Assembly: GCA_045614925.1 (NCBI GenBank)
Contig: JAZLDV010000088.1
Span: 16,599 to 40,598, forward strand
Reading direction: 5' to 3'
Length of the DNA stretch: 24,000 nt
DNA from: Coprobacillaceae bacterium
Lineage (GTDB): Bacteria; Bacillota_I; Bacilli_A; Erysipelotrichales; Coprobacillaceae
Shown: piece after piece, positions 7,779 to 16,489 of the stretch
Layout of the letters: the number at the start of each line of letters is the position of its first letter
How positions within the stretch are numbered: the stretch's first letter is position 1
Position numbers and translations under genes: made by a program
Notes under the pieces: model-generated
The model's database searches: none
Told to the model about the DNA's origin: nothing
The model's input: only the letters and a program-made list of their open reading frames with translations

Positions 7779-8127
7779 AATGACAATGTTTTTCATTACA
7801 TTGACAGTTTTCATTTGAGTGGTCATGACTGCAGTCGCATTGTTCATCATGATGATGACATCCACCACCACATCCGCAGTGTCCTTTACGTTTAGCCATA
7901 AATTCACTGAATGCTTTTTGCACATAGTCAATATCTTCCTTAGTTTCGATATTCACTAATTCATTTTCACCAGCAAGTTTGTATGCACCAATCATTGGTC
8001 TAGGAGTATTGATTTCAATAAAGAAACAGAATTCTTCATTTGTATTTTCGTTTAATGAAGAAAATAAGAATCTGAATTGTTTTTCTAAACCATCTTCATC
8101 TGTAATAGTTATAATTTTATTTTCCAT
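7777..8127 (-). CDS. DUF1292-family small protein with a C-terminal Cys/His-rich tail
   Basis: The core ITITDEDGLEKQFRFLF...EFCFFIE...AYKL..ENELVNIETKEDIDYVQKAF looks like DUF1292. Start placed at ATG 8127 (AAAAGGAGAC SD) rather than the track's 8163. The tail is GHCGCGGGCHHHDEQCDCSHDHSNENCQCNEKHCH. Confidence 0.75.
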   Translation of the reverse strand: MENKIITITDEDGLEKQFRFLFSSLNENTNEEFCFFIEINTPRPMIGAYKLAGENELVNIETKEDIDYVQKAFSEFMAKRKGHCGCGGGCHHHDEQCDCSHDHSNENCQCNEKHCH

Positions 8128-8248
8128 GTTATGTCTCCTTTTATAATGATATAAGGGTATCACTTTTTATTATGAGGTGCAACTAAAAATAATAATATAT
8201 TTTGTGAAGTAATATTGAAATATTGAGTGTATATATAAGTAGGGAACC

Positions 8249-8875
8249 TTATTTCTCAATAAAATTATAAATCATTTGTATAAATAACTCCTTTTGTTTT
8301 TGATCCATTTTTTCAGGGTGCCATTGCAATGCTAAAACAAGATTGTTTTCTATTCCCTCAATTACACCATCCTGACTTATTGCATTGACTTTGAATAATG
8401 GTGATACCTTTTTTACACATTGATGGTGAAAAGAATTGACATAAGTCATTTCATCATAATACTTAGATAAAATAGTGCTGTTGCTAATTTTAACTTGATG
8501 TATCTTTGACATGTGATGTTCTATATGAGGAGTAAGAGTCCCTTTGAAATAAACATTAATAACCTGTATTCCTCTGCATATTCCAATGATTTTTTTATGT
8601 GCTTTATAGAATGCATGAATAAGACTAAAATCATAATTTTCTACAAGAGGATCTTCTATATTGATAGTAGGATGCATTGGTGAGTTATAATAAATTGGAT
8701 TGACATCATCACCACCAGTAATAAGTAAAGCATCACAAAGAGAAACAATATCTTCTATAGGAGTATAAGGACATACGGGTATAATTAAAAAATATGGGGA
8801 TAATAAATTGATATAAGATTGATAGATATGATAAGACATATCTTTTTTTCTAAGTGTTATAGCTATTTTTAACAT
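8249..8875 (-). CDS. Gamma-glutamyl-GABA hydrolase-like class I glutamine amidotransferase (peptidase C26 family)
   Basis: Nucleophile elbow GICRGIQVINV, HHQ, and the His-Glu pair in LQWHPE. The N-terminus MLKIAIT.. is typical of the family. Confidence 0.8.
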   Translation of the reverse strand: MLKIAITLRKKDMSYHIYQSYINLLSPYFLIIPVCPYTPIEDIVSLCDALLITGGDDVNPIYYNSPMHPTINIEDPLVENYDFSLIHAFYKAHKKIIGICRGIQVINVYFKGTLTPHIEHHMSKIHQVKISNSTILSKYYDEMTYVNSFHHQCVKKVSPLFKVNAISQDGVIEGIENNLVLALQWHPEKMDQKQKELFIQMIYNFIEK

Positions 8876-9009
8876 ATTTTCCCTTTCTTTATTGATAAAT
8901 TTAAAAAAAAGATTATACTAAGTATATGTTGATAGAAAGAAGATTTGACAACTATTTTATTTTATATTAAGATATATTGAAAATTTATTTTTTAAGGAGA
9001 TGATTTATT

Positions 9010-10293
9010 TTGGACCCGAGTCAGAATTATGTAGTTGAATTTATCATATTAGGAGCTTGTTTTGCTTTATCAGCGTTTTTTTCTTGTTCAGAAACAGCAT
9101 TGTTATCTGTCAATAAGATACGTATTCGTACATTAGCAGAAGAAGGAAATAAAAAAGCAAAAACAGTAGAGCGCTTAATAAATGACACGGATTCATTATT
9201 AAGTACAATTCTTGTAGGAAACAACTTAGTGAATATCGGTGCTTCTTCTTTATCGACTGTTTTAGCAGTTGATTTATTAGGAAGTGCTGGAGCTGGGATT
9301 GCGACTGGAATTGTTACATTTATTATATTGATTTTTGGTGAGATTACACCAAAATCACTAGCTGCAAAATATCCTGAAACATTTAGTATGGCTGTTGCTT
9401 CTATAATTAGAGTGCTTGTTGTTATTTTAACGCCAGTTGTATTTTTATTGAATATTATTACAGGGTTAATTGTAAAATTATTTGGTGGAAGTAATAGTGT
9501 GAGTCCTACTTTAACAGAAGAAGAGTTAAAAACATATGTTAATGTGTCTCATGAGGAAGGTATTATTGAAGAAGAAGAAAAAGATATGATTCATAATGTA
9601 TTTGAATTCAGTGAAACTGAAATCAGAGAAATTATGACACCACGTATTCATGTAGTCAGTATTCCTTCAGATGCAACATATCAGGAATTTGTAGATATTT
9701 ATCAGGAAGCTAAATTTTCACGATTATTAGTTCATAATCATGAAGATAATGATGATATTTTAGGTGTATTATATGTAAAAGATTTAGTTCTAGCATCTAT
9801 TGATAGAGAGAATTTTAATATAACAGATTATGTAAGAGAAGCATTTGTATGTTATGAATTTAAATTAATATCTGATGTATTTGAAAATATGCGTAAAGAG
9901 CATGTTTCTATGGCCATTGTATTAGATGAATATGGTGTTATGAGTGGAATTGTGACTTTAGAAGATATCATTGAAGAAATCGTAGGAGATATTGATGACG
10001 AATATGATGAAGAAGAAGACACAGTTGTAAGAATTAATGATGGTATTTATCTTTTAGATGGAAGTATGAATATAGATGAAGTGAACGAAGAATGTGGAAC
10101 ACATTTTAGTAGTGAAGACTTTGAATCTATTGGAGGTTTAGTTTTAGGTGCATGTGATGGTGTACCTGAAGAAAATGAAACTTTAAAGATCGGTTCTTCT
10201 TTATTAACAATTAAAGAAATTGATAAAAATAGAATTGTTCAATTAAAGTTAGAAGTATTACCAGAATGTAAAGAAGAGGAAAAACAGGATTAG
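9010..10293 (+). CDS. CNNM/DUF21-CBS-CorC_HlyC 'hemolysin family' divalent-cation transport protein
   Basis: TTG start 9 nt after AAGGAGA. Four N-terminal TM helices (DUF21, GEITPKSLA motif), a CBS pair (IMTPRIHVVSI...; VLDEYGVMSGIVTLEDIIEEIVGDI) and a C-terminal CorC/HlyC domain. Confidence 0.88.
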   Translation: MDPSQNYVVEFIILGACFALSAFFSCSETALLSVNKIRIRTLAEEGNKKAKTVERLINDTDSLLSTILVGNNLVNIGASSLSTVLAVDLLGSAGAGIATGIVTFIILIFGEITPKSLAAKYPETFSMAVASIIRVLVVILTPVVFLLNIITGLIVKLFGGSNSVSPTLTEEELKTYVNVSHEEGIIEEEEKDMIHNVFEFSETEIREIMTPRIHVVSIPSDATYQEFVDIYQEAKFSRLLVHNHEDNDDILGVLYVKDLVLASIDRENFNITDYVREAFVCYEFKLISDVFENMRKEHVSMAIVLDEYGVMSGIVTLEDIIEEIVGDIDDEYDEEEDTVVRINDGIYLLDGSMNIDEVNEECGTHFSSEDFESIGGLVLGACDGVPEENETLKIGSSLLTIKEIDKNRIVQLKLEVLPECKEEEKQD

Positions 10294-10338
10294 TTTTTCC
10301 TTTCTTAATTATTGTAGAAATGAAATAGGAGAGAGAAT

Positions 10339-11691
10339 ATGGATAAGAGAAATAAAACAAAAAAGTTTAACAAAAAGCCTTATAATTCAAAAAAAGCAGA
10401 AGTAGAAATTAAAAAGTTAGGTATTAATGGAGAAGGAATTGGATATATTAATAAAAAAATCTGTTTTGTTGATAATGCATTACCTTCAGAAGTTGTAGAA
10501 ATTGAAATTATTGAAGAAACTCGTAAATATTATAAAGGAAAAGTTATTCGTACAATTAAAGAATCTAAATATAGAGAGGATACATTCTGTAAAGAAGACT
10601 CTACATGTTTAGGATGTGCTTTAACACGTTTAGCTTATGCTAAGCAATTAACTTTTAAAAGAGATTTATTAAAAGATGCTTTAAAGAAATATACAACATT
10701 TGATGTAGAATCTTTACCAATCAGAAGAACATATGCTTCACCTGTAAAAAAAGGATATAGAACTTCTGTTGCTTTACCTATTACTTATTTTAATGGAAAG
10801 GTATTAGCAGGTATTTATCAAAGAGAATCTAAATATTTAACATTTATGAATAAATGTCCAATGCAAAATGATTTAGTTAATCAGACTATTGTAAAAATTG
10901 AAGATGTTTTAAATAAACATGGAGTAAGAGATTATAATGATAAGATTAAAAAAGGTCTTAGATTTATGCGTTTAAGAAATGTTGATGGTAATATTCAAGT
11001 TTTATTTGTTACAGGAACTGATGGACTTAAAAAAGAAGTTGTAGAAGATTTAAAGAAAATTGAAGAAATTACTTCTATTTTCTATACTATTAATACAACA
11101 CGTTATCAGGAATTTGAAGCACAAGGATATGCTAAATTATATGGAAATTCTAAAGTGGCATATAAGTTCTTTAATCAGCAATATTTATATTCTATTAAAT
11201 CTGAATTCCCTGTAAATCCAGAAATGGAAAAAACAAAAATGGAAACAATCAGATCATTTGTTGATGAAGGTGAATCAGTGATTTCATTATATTGTGGTAT
11301 TGGTGTAATGGAATTAGCTATGGATAATGAAATTGTTGCAGTTGATAACAAAAATTATCATATTCAGGATGCAGAAGAAAATATGAAATTCTTAAGAAAA
11401 TCAAATGTTAAATTCTTATGCAAAGATATTGATGAAGCTGTTATTACACAATGTAAGAAAAAACATTTTGATACTTTAATTTTAAGACATGATGAAATGA
11501 GTCATGCTGTTAAACAAAGTATTCTTTTATCTAGAATTAATAAAGTTATTTATGTATGTGATCATCCTTCTTCTTTAGCTAAAGATTTAGAAGAATTAAA
11601 AGATACATACAATATTGAAACAATTCTACCTTTAGATATGAATCCATATTCTGCTAAAGTAGAAACAATTGTAAAATTAGTAAGAAAATAG
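10339..11691 (+). CDS. TRAM-domain, [4Fe-4S]-type 23S rRNA (uracil-C5)-methyltransferase family protein (RlmCD/RumA-like, divergent catalytic motifs)
   Basis: TRAM fold (KKLGINGEGIGYIN..EVVEIEIIEE..YYKGKVI), a RumA-like Cys set (C84, C90, C93, C173), SAM motif SLYCGIG, and YVCDHPSSLAKD and DMNPYSAKVE in place of YVSCNPxTLARD and DMFPxTxHVE. Confidence 0.75.
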   Translation: MDKRNKTKKFNKKPYNSKKAEVEIKKLGINGEGIGYINKKICFVDNALPSEVVEIEIIEETRKYYKGKVIRTIKESKYREDTFCKEDSTCLGCALTRLAYAKQLTFKRDLLKDALKKYTTFDVESLPIRRTYASPVKKGYRTSVALPITYFNGKVLAGIYQRESKYLTFMNKCPMQNDLVNQTIVKIEDVLNKHGVRDYNDKIKKGLRFMRLRNVDGNIQVLFVTGTDGLKKEVVEDLKKIEEITSIFYTINTTRYQEFEAQGYAKLYGNSKVAYKFFNQQYLYSIKSEFPVNPEMEKTKMETIRSFVDEGESVISLYCGIGVMELAMDNEIVAVDNKNYHIQDAEENMKFLRKSNVKFLCKDIDEAVITQCKKKHFDTLILRHDEMSHAVKQSILLSRINKVIYVCDHPSSLAKDLEELKDTYNIETILPLDMNPYSAKVETIVKLVRK

Positions 11692-11696
11692 TTTTG

Positions 11697-11723
11697 AACA
11701 ACCCTTCTAGGGTTGTTTTTTTG
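11697..11723 (+). terminator. Rho-independent terminator after the methyltransferase gene
   Basis: AACAACCC-TTCTA-GGGTTGTT followed by TTTTT. Confidence 0.85.
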
Positions 11724-11834
11724 TTTTAAACATAAATTTTTTATAAAGTTTTATTGAATTAACAAGTGAAAAAAAACACAAGGAAAAATCGGCATAATTT
11801 TGATTTTGTGGATATTTTGAGTGTCGAAAAAAAC

Positions 11835-11862
11835 TTGAAAATAAACATGATAATGATATAAT
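11835..11862 (+). promoter_or_regulatory. Candidate sigma-A promoter of the rnf operon
   Basis: -35 TTGAAA at 11835-11840, a 16-nt spacer, and extended -10 TGATATAAT (TG 11854-11855, TATAAT 11857-11862), about 30 nt upstream of the rnfC start. Confidence 0.55.
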
Positions 11863-11893
11863 TATAGGAGTAATATAGAGACGGAGGGATATA

Positions 11894-13195
11894 ATGTCAA
11901 TTTTATCTGGAATTGGAAAAGTAAAATTAGATGGACAAAAAGGTTTAACAAAAGATAAACCTATTTTATCTATCGAAGCGCCAGACGTTGTTTACGTACC
12001 TTTAGTTGTAGGTGCAGCTATCGACTTTGATGTCCATGTTGCTGAAGGAGATCATGTTAGTGTAGGAACTAAACTTGCAACTCGTAAAAGTATGTATGTT
12101 CCTTTATATTCACCAGTATCTGGTGTTGTTAAAGGGATTGAAAAACGTATGCATGCTTCAAAAAGATTGCAACAGCATATCGTGATTGAAAATGATCACA
12201 AATATGAAAGTGTAAAAGCAATTGATATCAAAAATCCTGATTCAATGACTCAGGAAGAAGTGTTTAATGCTATTAAAGAATTAGGTTTAATGGGGTTAGG
12301 TGGATCTGGATTCCCTACATACATTAAATATTCTAATCCTAATGGTATTGAAACAATTTTAATCAATGGTGTTGAATGTGAACCATTTATCACTAGCGAT
12401 CATGTAACTATGAAAAGAGAAGCAAAATCATTATTTGACGGTGTATCATTCTTAATGAAAGCAGCAAATGCAAAAAATGCAATTATTGCAATTAAAGAAC
12501 ATAAACCTGATTTAATGGAAATTTTAGTAGAAGAAGCGAAAAACTATGCAGATATTAAACCTGTAGAAGTACCTGATCGTTACCCAATGGGATGGGAAAG
12601 AACTTTAGTTGAAACTGTATTCAAAAAAGGATTCGATAAATTACCATCTGAAATTGGTGTTATTGTTAACAACTCATCAACTGCTATTGCTTTATCAAAA
12701 GGAATCAGAAATGGTGAAGCTATCACTAAACGTGTAGTTACATTCTCAGGAAATGGATTAAAAGATCCTCAAAACGTAGAAGTATGCGTTGGAACACCTG
12801 TAAACTACATTGTAGAAAAAATTGGTGGATACATTGATGAAGAATGTGATGGATTTGTATTAGGTGGAGGTCCTATGATGGGACAAGCAGTAACAAATGA
12901 TACATTTGTTATTACACCATATTCAAATGCAATTACTGTATTAAAGAAAGAAGTACATAACGTTTTACCATGTTTAAAATGTGGTGAATGTACTTTACAT
13001 TGTCCTGCTCATTTACAACCTGTACGTATTATGCAAGGTGAAAAAGCAGCAAATGTTGAATTATTAAACAAATTAGAAACTGAACGTTGTGTTGGTTGTG
13101 GTATGTGTACTTATATCTGTCCAAGTAAGATTGAAGTGACAGATATGGTCGCTAAAGCAAAACGTAGAGTTCAATTAGCAAATCGCAGAAAGTAG
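11894..13195 (+). CDS. rnfC: Rnf electron-transport complex subunit C
   Basis: GLGGSGFPTYIKY NADH/FMN-site motif and two ferredoxin-type clusters (CLKCGECTLHCP, CVGCGMCTYICP). SD is GGAGGG. First gene of the C-D-G-E-A-B order typical of Firmicutes. Confidence 0.93.
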   Translation: MSILSGIGKVKLDGQKGLTKDKPILSIEAPDVVYVPLVVGAAIDFDVHVAEGDHVSVGTKLATRKSMYVPLYSPVSGVVKGIEKRMHASKRLQQHIVIENDHKYESVKAIDIKNPDSMTQEEVFNAIKELGLMGLGGSGFPTYIKYSNPNGIETILINGVECEPFITSDHVTMKREAKSLFDGVSFLMKAANAKNAIIAIKEHKPDLMEILVEEAKNYADIKPVEVPDRYPMGWERTLVETVFKKGFDKLPSEIGVIVNNSSTAIALSKGIRNGEAITKRVVTFSGNGLKDPQNVEVCVGTPVNYIVEKIGGYIDEECDGFVLGGGPMMGQAVTNDTFVITPYSNAITVLKKEVHNVLPCLKCGECTLHCPAHLQPVRIMQGEKAANVELLNKLETERCVGCGMCTYICPSKIEVTDMVAKAKRRVQLANRRK

Positions 13196-13209
13196 AGAGG
13201 GGTAGAAAT

Positions 13210-14733
13210 ATGAAGATTACTTTACAAAGAACATCGCCAAACTATCGTCAAAAAAACTCTACTCATAAAATCATGAGAGATTTAACTATTGGATTATACG
13301 TAGTTGTGGCTTGGTCATTATTTAGCTTATATTATAATTATCAATCAAATGAACCAATGATAGCTGCAGCATTAATTTATGTTGTATCTATTGTTACTGG
13401 TGTTTTAACTGAAGCAGTATGGGGATTAATCAATAAAGTAAAACCTATTGATCAGATTAAAAACGGATTCCCATGGGTAACTGCAATTATTTTTGCATTA
13501 ACATTACCAATTGGAACTCCATTATATGTAGTTGCAATCGGTTCATTCTTATCAATTTTCTTAGGAAAATTAGTATTTGGTGGTTTTGGACAAAATATCT
13601 TTAACCCTGCATTAGTAGGACGTGTTATTGTTCACTTATCATTTGCAGATAAGTTATTACCATATGTAGAATCAATGGGTGGTGGAGCAATTGATATTAC
13701 AACTTCTGCTACACCAGCTGCAATGTTAGCAAGTGCTAAATGGTTAGATTTAGGTGCATTCAAATACACTTTAGCTGATTTATTCTTAGGAAATCACGGT
13801 GGTGCATTAGGAGAAACTTGTATCTGGATTATTTTAGTTGTTGGTATTGTATTAGCAATCAGAAGAGTATATGATGCTAGAATTACTGTTTCTTATTTAG
13901 GAACTGTTGGTTTATTAGCAGCAATCTTTGGATTAATGAATGGATTAAATCCATTAACTTATGCAGCAATGCATTTATGTATGGGTGGTATTGTATTTGG
14001 TGCTGTATTTATGGCAACAGATCCAGTAACTTCACCATCATCTCCTTTAGGAAAAATTATTTTTGGTATCGCTTTAGGGTTCTTAACTATGATTATTCGT
14101 CTTAAAGCTAACTATCCTGAAGGTGTATTATTCTCTATCTTAATTATGAATATGTTAACTCCATTAATTGATTCATTTGTATTAGGTAGAACAAATCAAA
14201 ATACTAATAAACAAATTTTAGCAATCGTATTAAGCTTAGCATTAAGCGTTGGATGTGTTGCTGGAATTTCAGGTACATTAAATGCTGAATTAGAAGCTGA
14301 AAAATTAGCTGCAGCAGAAGCTGAAAAGAAAAAAGAAGAAGCTGCTAAAAAAGCTGAAGAAGCTGAAAAGAAAGCAATGGAAGAAGCTATCGCTAATCCA
14401 AAAATTATTGAAACTTTAAGCAATGGTTATGTATTAGAAACTCATGGATTTGGTGGAGAAAATAATCCAATGCATGTTAAAGTATTATTAGCAGATGGAC
14501 AAGTAACTTCTGTTGAAGTTGTAAAACATGATGGAGAAACTGAATATTATGGACATGAATTAATTAAAGGAACTGAATTAATGAGTCCAGAAGGAAAAGC
14601 ATTCTATGATAAATATTTAGCTGCTCCATTCGCATATGAAGATATTGATGGTGTTGATATTAAAACAGGATCAACAATGACAACAAAAGGAATTGTAATC
14701 GCAATCAGACAAGCGATTGAACTTTCAAAATAG
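13210..14733 (+). CDS. rnfD: Rnf subunit D fused to an extra TM helix, a charged helical linker and a C-terminal FMN_bind (flavinylation) domain
   Basis: Residues 1-~327 form the RnfD/NqrB-like polytopic core (GQNIFNPALVGR, TSATPAAML, FMATDPVTSP). Then comes TM 335-356 (QILAIVLSLALSVGCVAGISGT), an AEK-rich linker 357-394, and an FMN_bind-like domain 395-507 (GFGGENNPMHVKVLLADGQVTSVEVVKHDGET ... VDIKTGSTMTTKGIVIAIRQAI). Confidence 0.85.
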   Translation: MKITLQRTSPNYRQKNSTHKIMRDLTIGLYVVVAWSLFSLYYNYQSNEPMIAAALIYVVSIVTGVLTEAVWGLINKVKPIDQIKNGFPWVTAIIFALTLPIGTPLYVVAIGSFLSIFLGKLVFGGFGQNIFNPALVGRVIVHLSFADKLLPYVESMGGGAIDITTSATPAAMLASAKWLDLGAFKYTLADLFLGNHGGALGETCIWIILVVGIVLAIRRVYDARITVSYLGTVGLLAAIFGLMNGLNPLTYAAMHLCMGGIVFGAVFMATDPVTSPSSPLGKIIFGIALGFLTMIIRLKANYPEGVLFSILIMNMLTPLIDSFVLGRTNQNTNKQILAIVLSLALSVGCVAGISGTLNAELEAEKLAAAEAEKKKEEAAKKAEEAEKKAMEEAIANPKIIETLSNGYVLETHGFGGENNPMHVKVLLADGQVTSVEVVKHDGETEYYGHELIKGTELMSPEGKAFYDKYLAAPFAYEDIDGVDIKTGSTMTTKGIVIAIRQAIELSK

Positions 14734-14746
14734 GAGGAAATGAAAA

Positions 14747-15259
14747 ATGAAGAAAACTATTTTATTAGCTTTATTCCTTGCAGTTGTTGCTGGTCTATCA
14801 GGTGCAGCATTATCATTAGTTAATAGTATTACTGCTCCTATTATTGAAGAAGCAGCAATTGCAAAAGAAAAAGAAAACTTAGTAAAAATCTATCCAGGTG
14901 GAGAATTTAAACAAGTTGAAACTGATTTAGAAAACTATCCAGGTTTAGCTAGTGTTTATGAAGCAACTGGAAATGGTTATGTATACAAATGTAGTGTACA
15001 AGGATATGGATCAACTCCAATTGTATTCTTAGTTGCATTAGATAACGATGGAACTTATAAAGGATATGAAGTGATTGATTGTAGTAGTGAAACTTCTGGA
15101 TTTGGTTCTAAAGTTGCTGAAGAACCATTTATCGGTAGTGTAAAAGGTAAAAATATTGGTGACAGCATTGATATTATTTCTGGTGCAACAATTTCATCAA
15201 GTGCAGTAGTTGATGGAATTAGTGCAGCAGCAGATCATTATGCTGCTAACTTTCAATAA
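14747..15259 (+). CDS. rnfG: Rnf subunit G (FMN_bind domain, membrane-anchored)
   Basis: N-terminal TM, GYGSTPIVFLVALDNDGTYKGYEVI..ETSGFG, and flavinylation motif DIISGATISS. AGGAGG lies 9 nt upstream. Confidence 0.9.
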   Translation: MKKTILLALFLAVVAGLSGAALSLVNSITAPIIEEAAIAKEKENLVKIYPGGEFKQVETDLENYPGLASVYEATGNGYVYKCSVQGYGSTPIVFLVALDNDGTYKGYEVIDCSSETSGFGSKVAEEPFIGSVKGKNIGDSIDIISGATISSSAVVDGISAAADHYAANFQ

Positions 15260-15272
15260 GGAGGGAACATAG

Positions 15273-15914
15273 ATGAGTAAGTTAAATATCGTAACAAAAG
15301 GTTTTATTGAAGAAAACCCAATATTTGTCTTATTGTTAGGTTTATGTTCATCTCTAGCAATTACGACAACATTAACAAATGCATTAGGGATGGGAATGGC
15401 AGTAACTGCAGTTTTAATTATGAGTAACGTGATTATCTCATTATTAAGAAAAATTATTCCTAACGAAATCAGAATCCCTGTGTATATTGTAGTTATCGCA
15501 ACATTAGTAAAATGTGTACAATTAATTATGAATGCATTTACTCCTGAATTATATGCTTCTTTAGGTGTATTTATTCCATTAATTGTAGTTAACTGTATTA
15601 TCTTAGGTAGAGCTGAAAGCTTTGCTGGTAAAAACGGTGTTTTTGATTCTTTATTAGATGCATTAGGTATGGGGATTGGATATACTTTCGCAGTATTAGT
15701 TATTTCTTTCTTTAGACAATTAATTGGTACTGGTGGTTTATCATTATTAAATCCATTCAATGCTGAACAAGTTATTTTTGAAGTTAATTTATTTGCTGAC
15801 TATGCTGTAAGCTTATTTACTCAACCTGCAGGTGCATTTATTACTTTAGGATTAATTCTTGCATTCTTCCAAGGTGCTAAAATAAGAAAAGCTAAGAAAG
15901 GAGAAGGAAAATAG
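15273..15914 (+). CDS. rnfE: Rnf subunit E
   Basis: ENPIFVLLLGLCSSLAITT, IPLIVVNCIILGRAE. Polytopic, 213 aa, AAGGAGGG SD. Confidence 0.92.
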   Translation: MSKLNIVTKGFIEENPIFVLLLGLCSSLAITTTLTNALGMGMAVTAVLIMSNVIISLLRKIIPNEIRIPVYIVVIATLVKCVQLIMNAFTPELYASLGVFIPLIVVNCIILGRAESFAGKNGVFDSLLDALGMGIGYTFAVLVISFFRQLIGTGGLSLLNPFNAEQVIFEVNLFADYAVSLFTQPAGAFITLGLILAFFQGAKIRKAKKGEGK

Positions 15915-15915
15915 T

Positions 15916-16488
15916 ATGGGATTATTAAGTTTATTTATTGGTTTAACATTTGTTAATAACGTTGTATTAAGTAAATTCTATGCTGTTTGTCCATTATTAG
16001 GTGTATCTAAAAATCCTAAAAATGCATTAAACATGGGATATGCGGTTACATTCGTTATCTTTATTGCTTCGATTGTAACTTGGTTACTATACTATTTAGT
16101 ATTAGTACCATTAAATATTACTTACTTAGACTTAATTACATTTATCTTAGTTATTGCGTCTTTAGTACAATTCGTAGAAATGTTCTTAAAGAAAATGAGT
16201 CCTGAAATTTATAAAGCAATGGGTGTTTACTTACCATTAATCACAACAAACTGTGCTGTATTAGGGGTTGCATTAGATAATATCACTGCAAAATATAACC
16301 TAATTGAAGCTATTGTTGCTGGTTTAGCTGTATCTGTAGGATTCACAATGGTTATTTATGTTTATGCAACAATCAGAGAACGTTTAGAAATCGCTAACGT
16401 TCCTGAAAGTTTCAAAGGAACTCCAATTGCATTAATTACTGCTGGAATTATGGCTTGTGCCTTAGCAGGGATTGCAGGTTTAGTGTAA
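15916..16488 (+). CDS. rnfA: Rnf subunit A
   Basis: NNVVLSKFYAVCPLLGVS, YLPLITTNCAVLGVAL. 190 aa, polytopic. Confidence 0.92.
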   Translation: MGLLSLFIGLTFVNNVVLSKFYAVCPLLGVSKNPKNALNMGYAVTFVIFIASIVTWLLYYLVLVPLNITYLDLITFILVIASLVQFVEMFLKKMSPEIYKAMGVYLPLITTNCAVLGVALDNITAKYNLIEAIVAGLAVSVGFTMVIYVYATIRERLEIANVPESFKGTPIALITAGIMACALAGIAGLV

Positions 16489-16489
16489 T

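Noticed and set aside
8128-8163. N-terminal extension of the DUF1292 ORF (MIPLYHYKRRHN)
   Set aside because: It contains the SD (GGAGAC) for the ATG at 8127. The family typically starts close to the conserved I-T-L/I-x-D-E-x-G motif.
9027-9224. 65-aa minus-strand ORF
   Set aside because: Antisense to the N-terminal TM region of the CNNM transporter.
11764-11781. Rex-like box (AAGTGAA-AAAA-AACACAA) upstream of rnfC
   Set aside because: It shares GTGAA-N6-CACAA spacing with the TTGTGAA-N4-TTCACAA Rex consensus, but the flanks are A-runs. The site is not truly palindromic beyond GTG/CAC, and it lies ~55 nt upstream of the -35. That is too weak to call without a PWM scan.
14196-14423. 75-aa minus-strand ORF and GAAGCTGAAAA-type repetitiveness
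   Set aside because: The ORF is the antisense image of the Ala/Glu/Lys linker of RnfD. The repeats are coding low-complexity sequence, not a CRISPR or iteron array (no regular spacer structure).
15197-15760. 187-aa minus-strand ORF
   Set aside because: Long, but fully antisense to rnfG and rnfE, whose homology is unambiguous. No SD. The hydrophobic mirror-frame is an artefact of an AT-rich membrane-protein gene.
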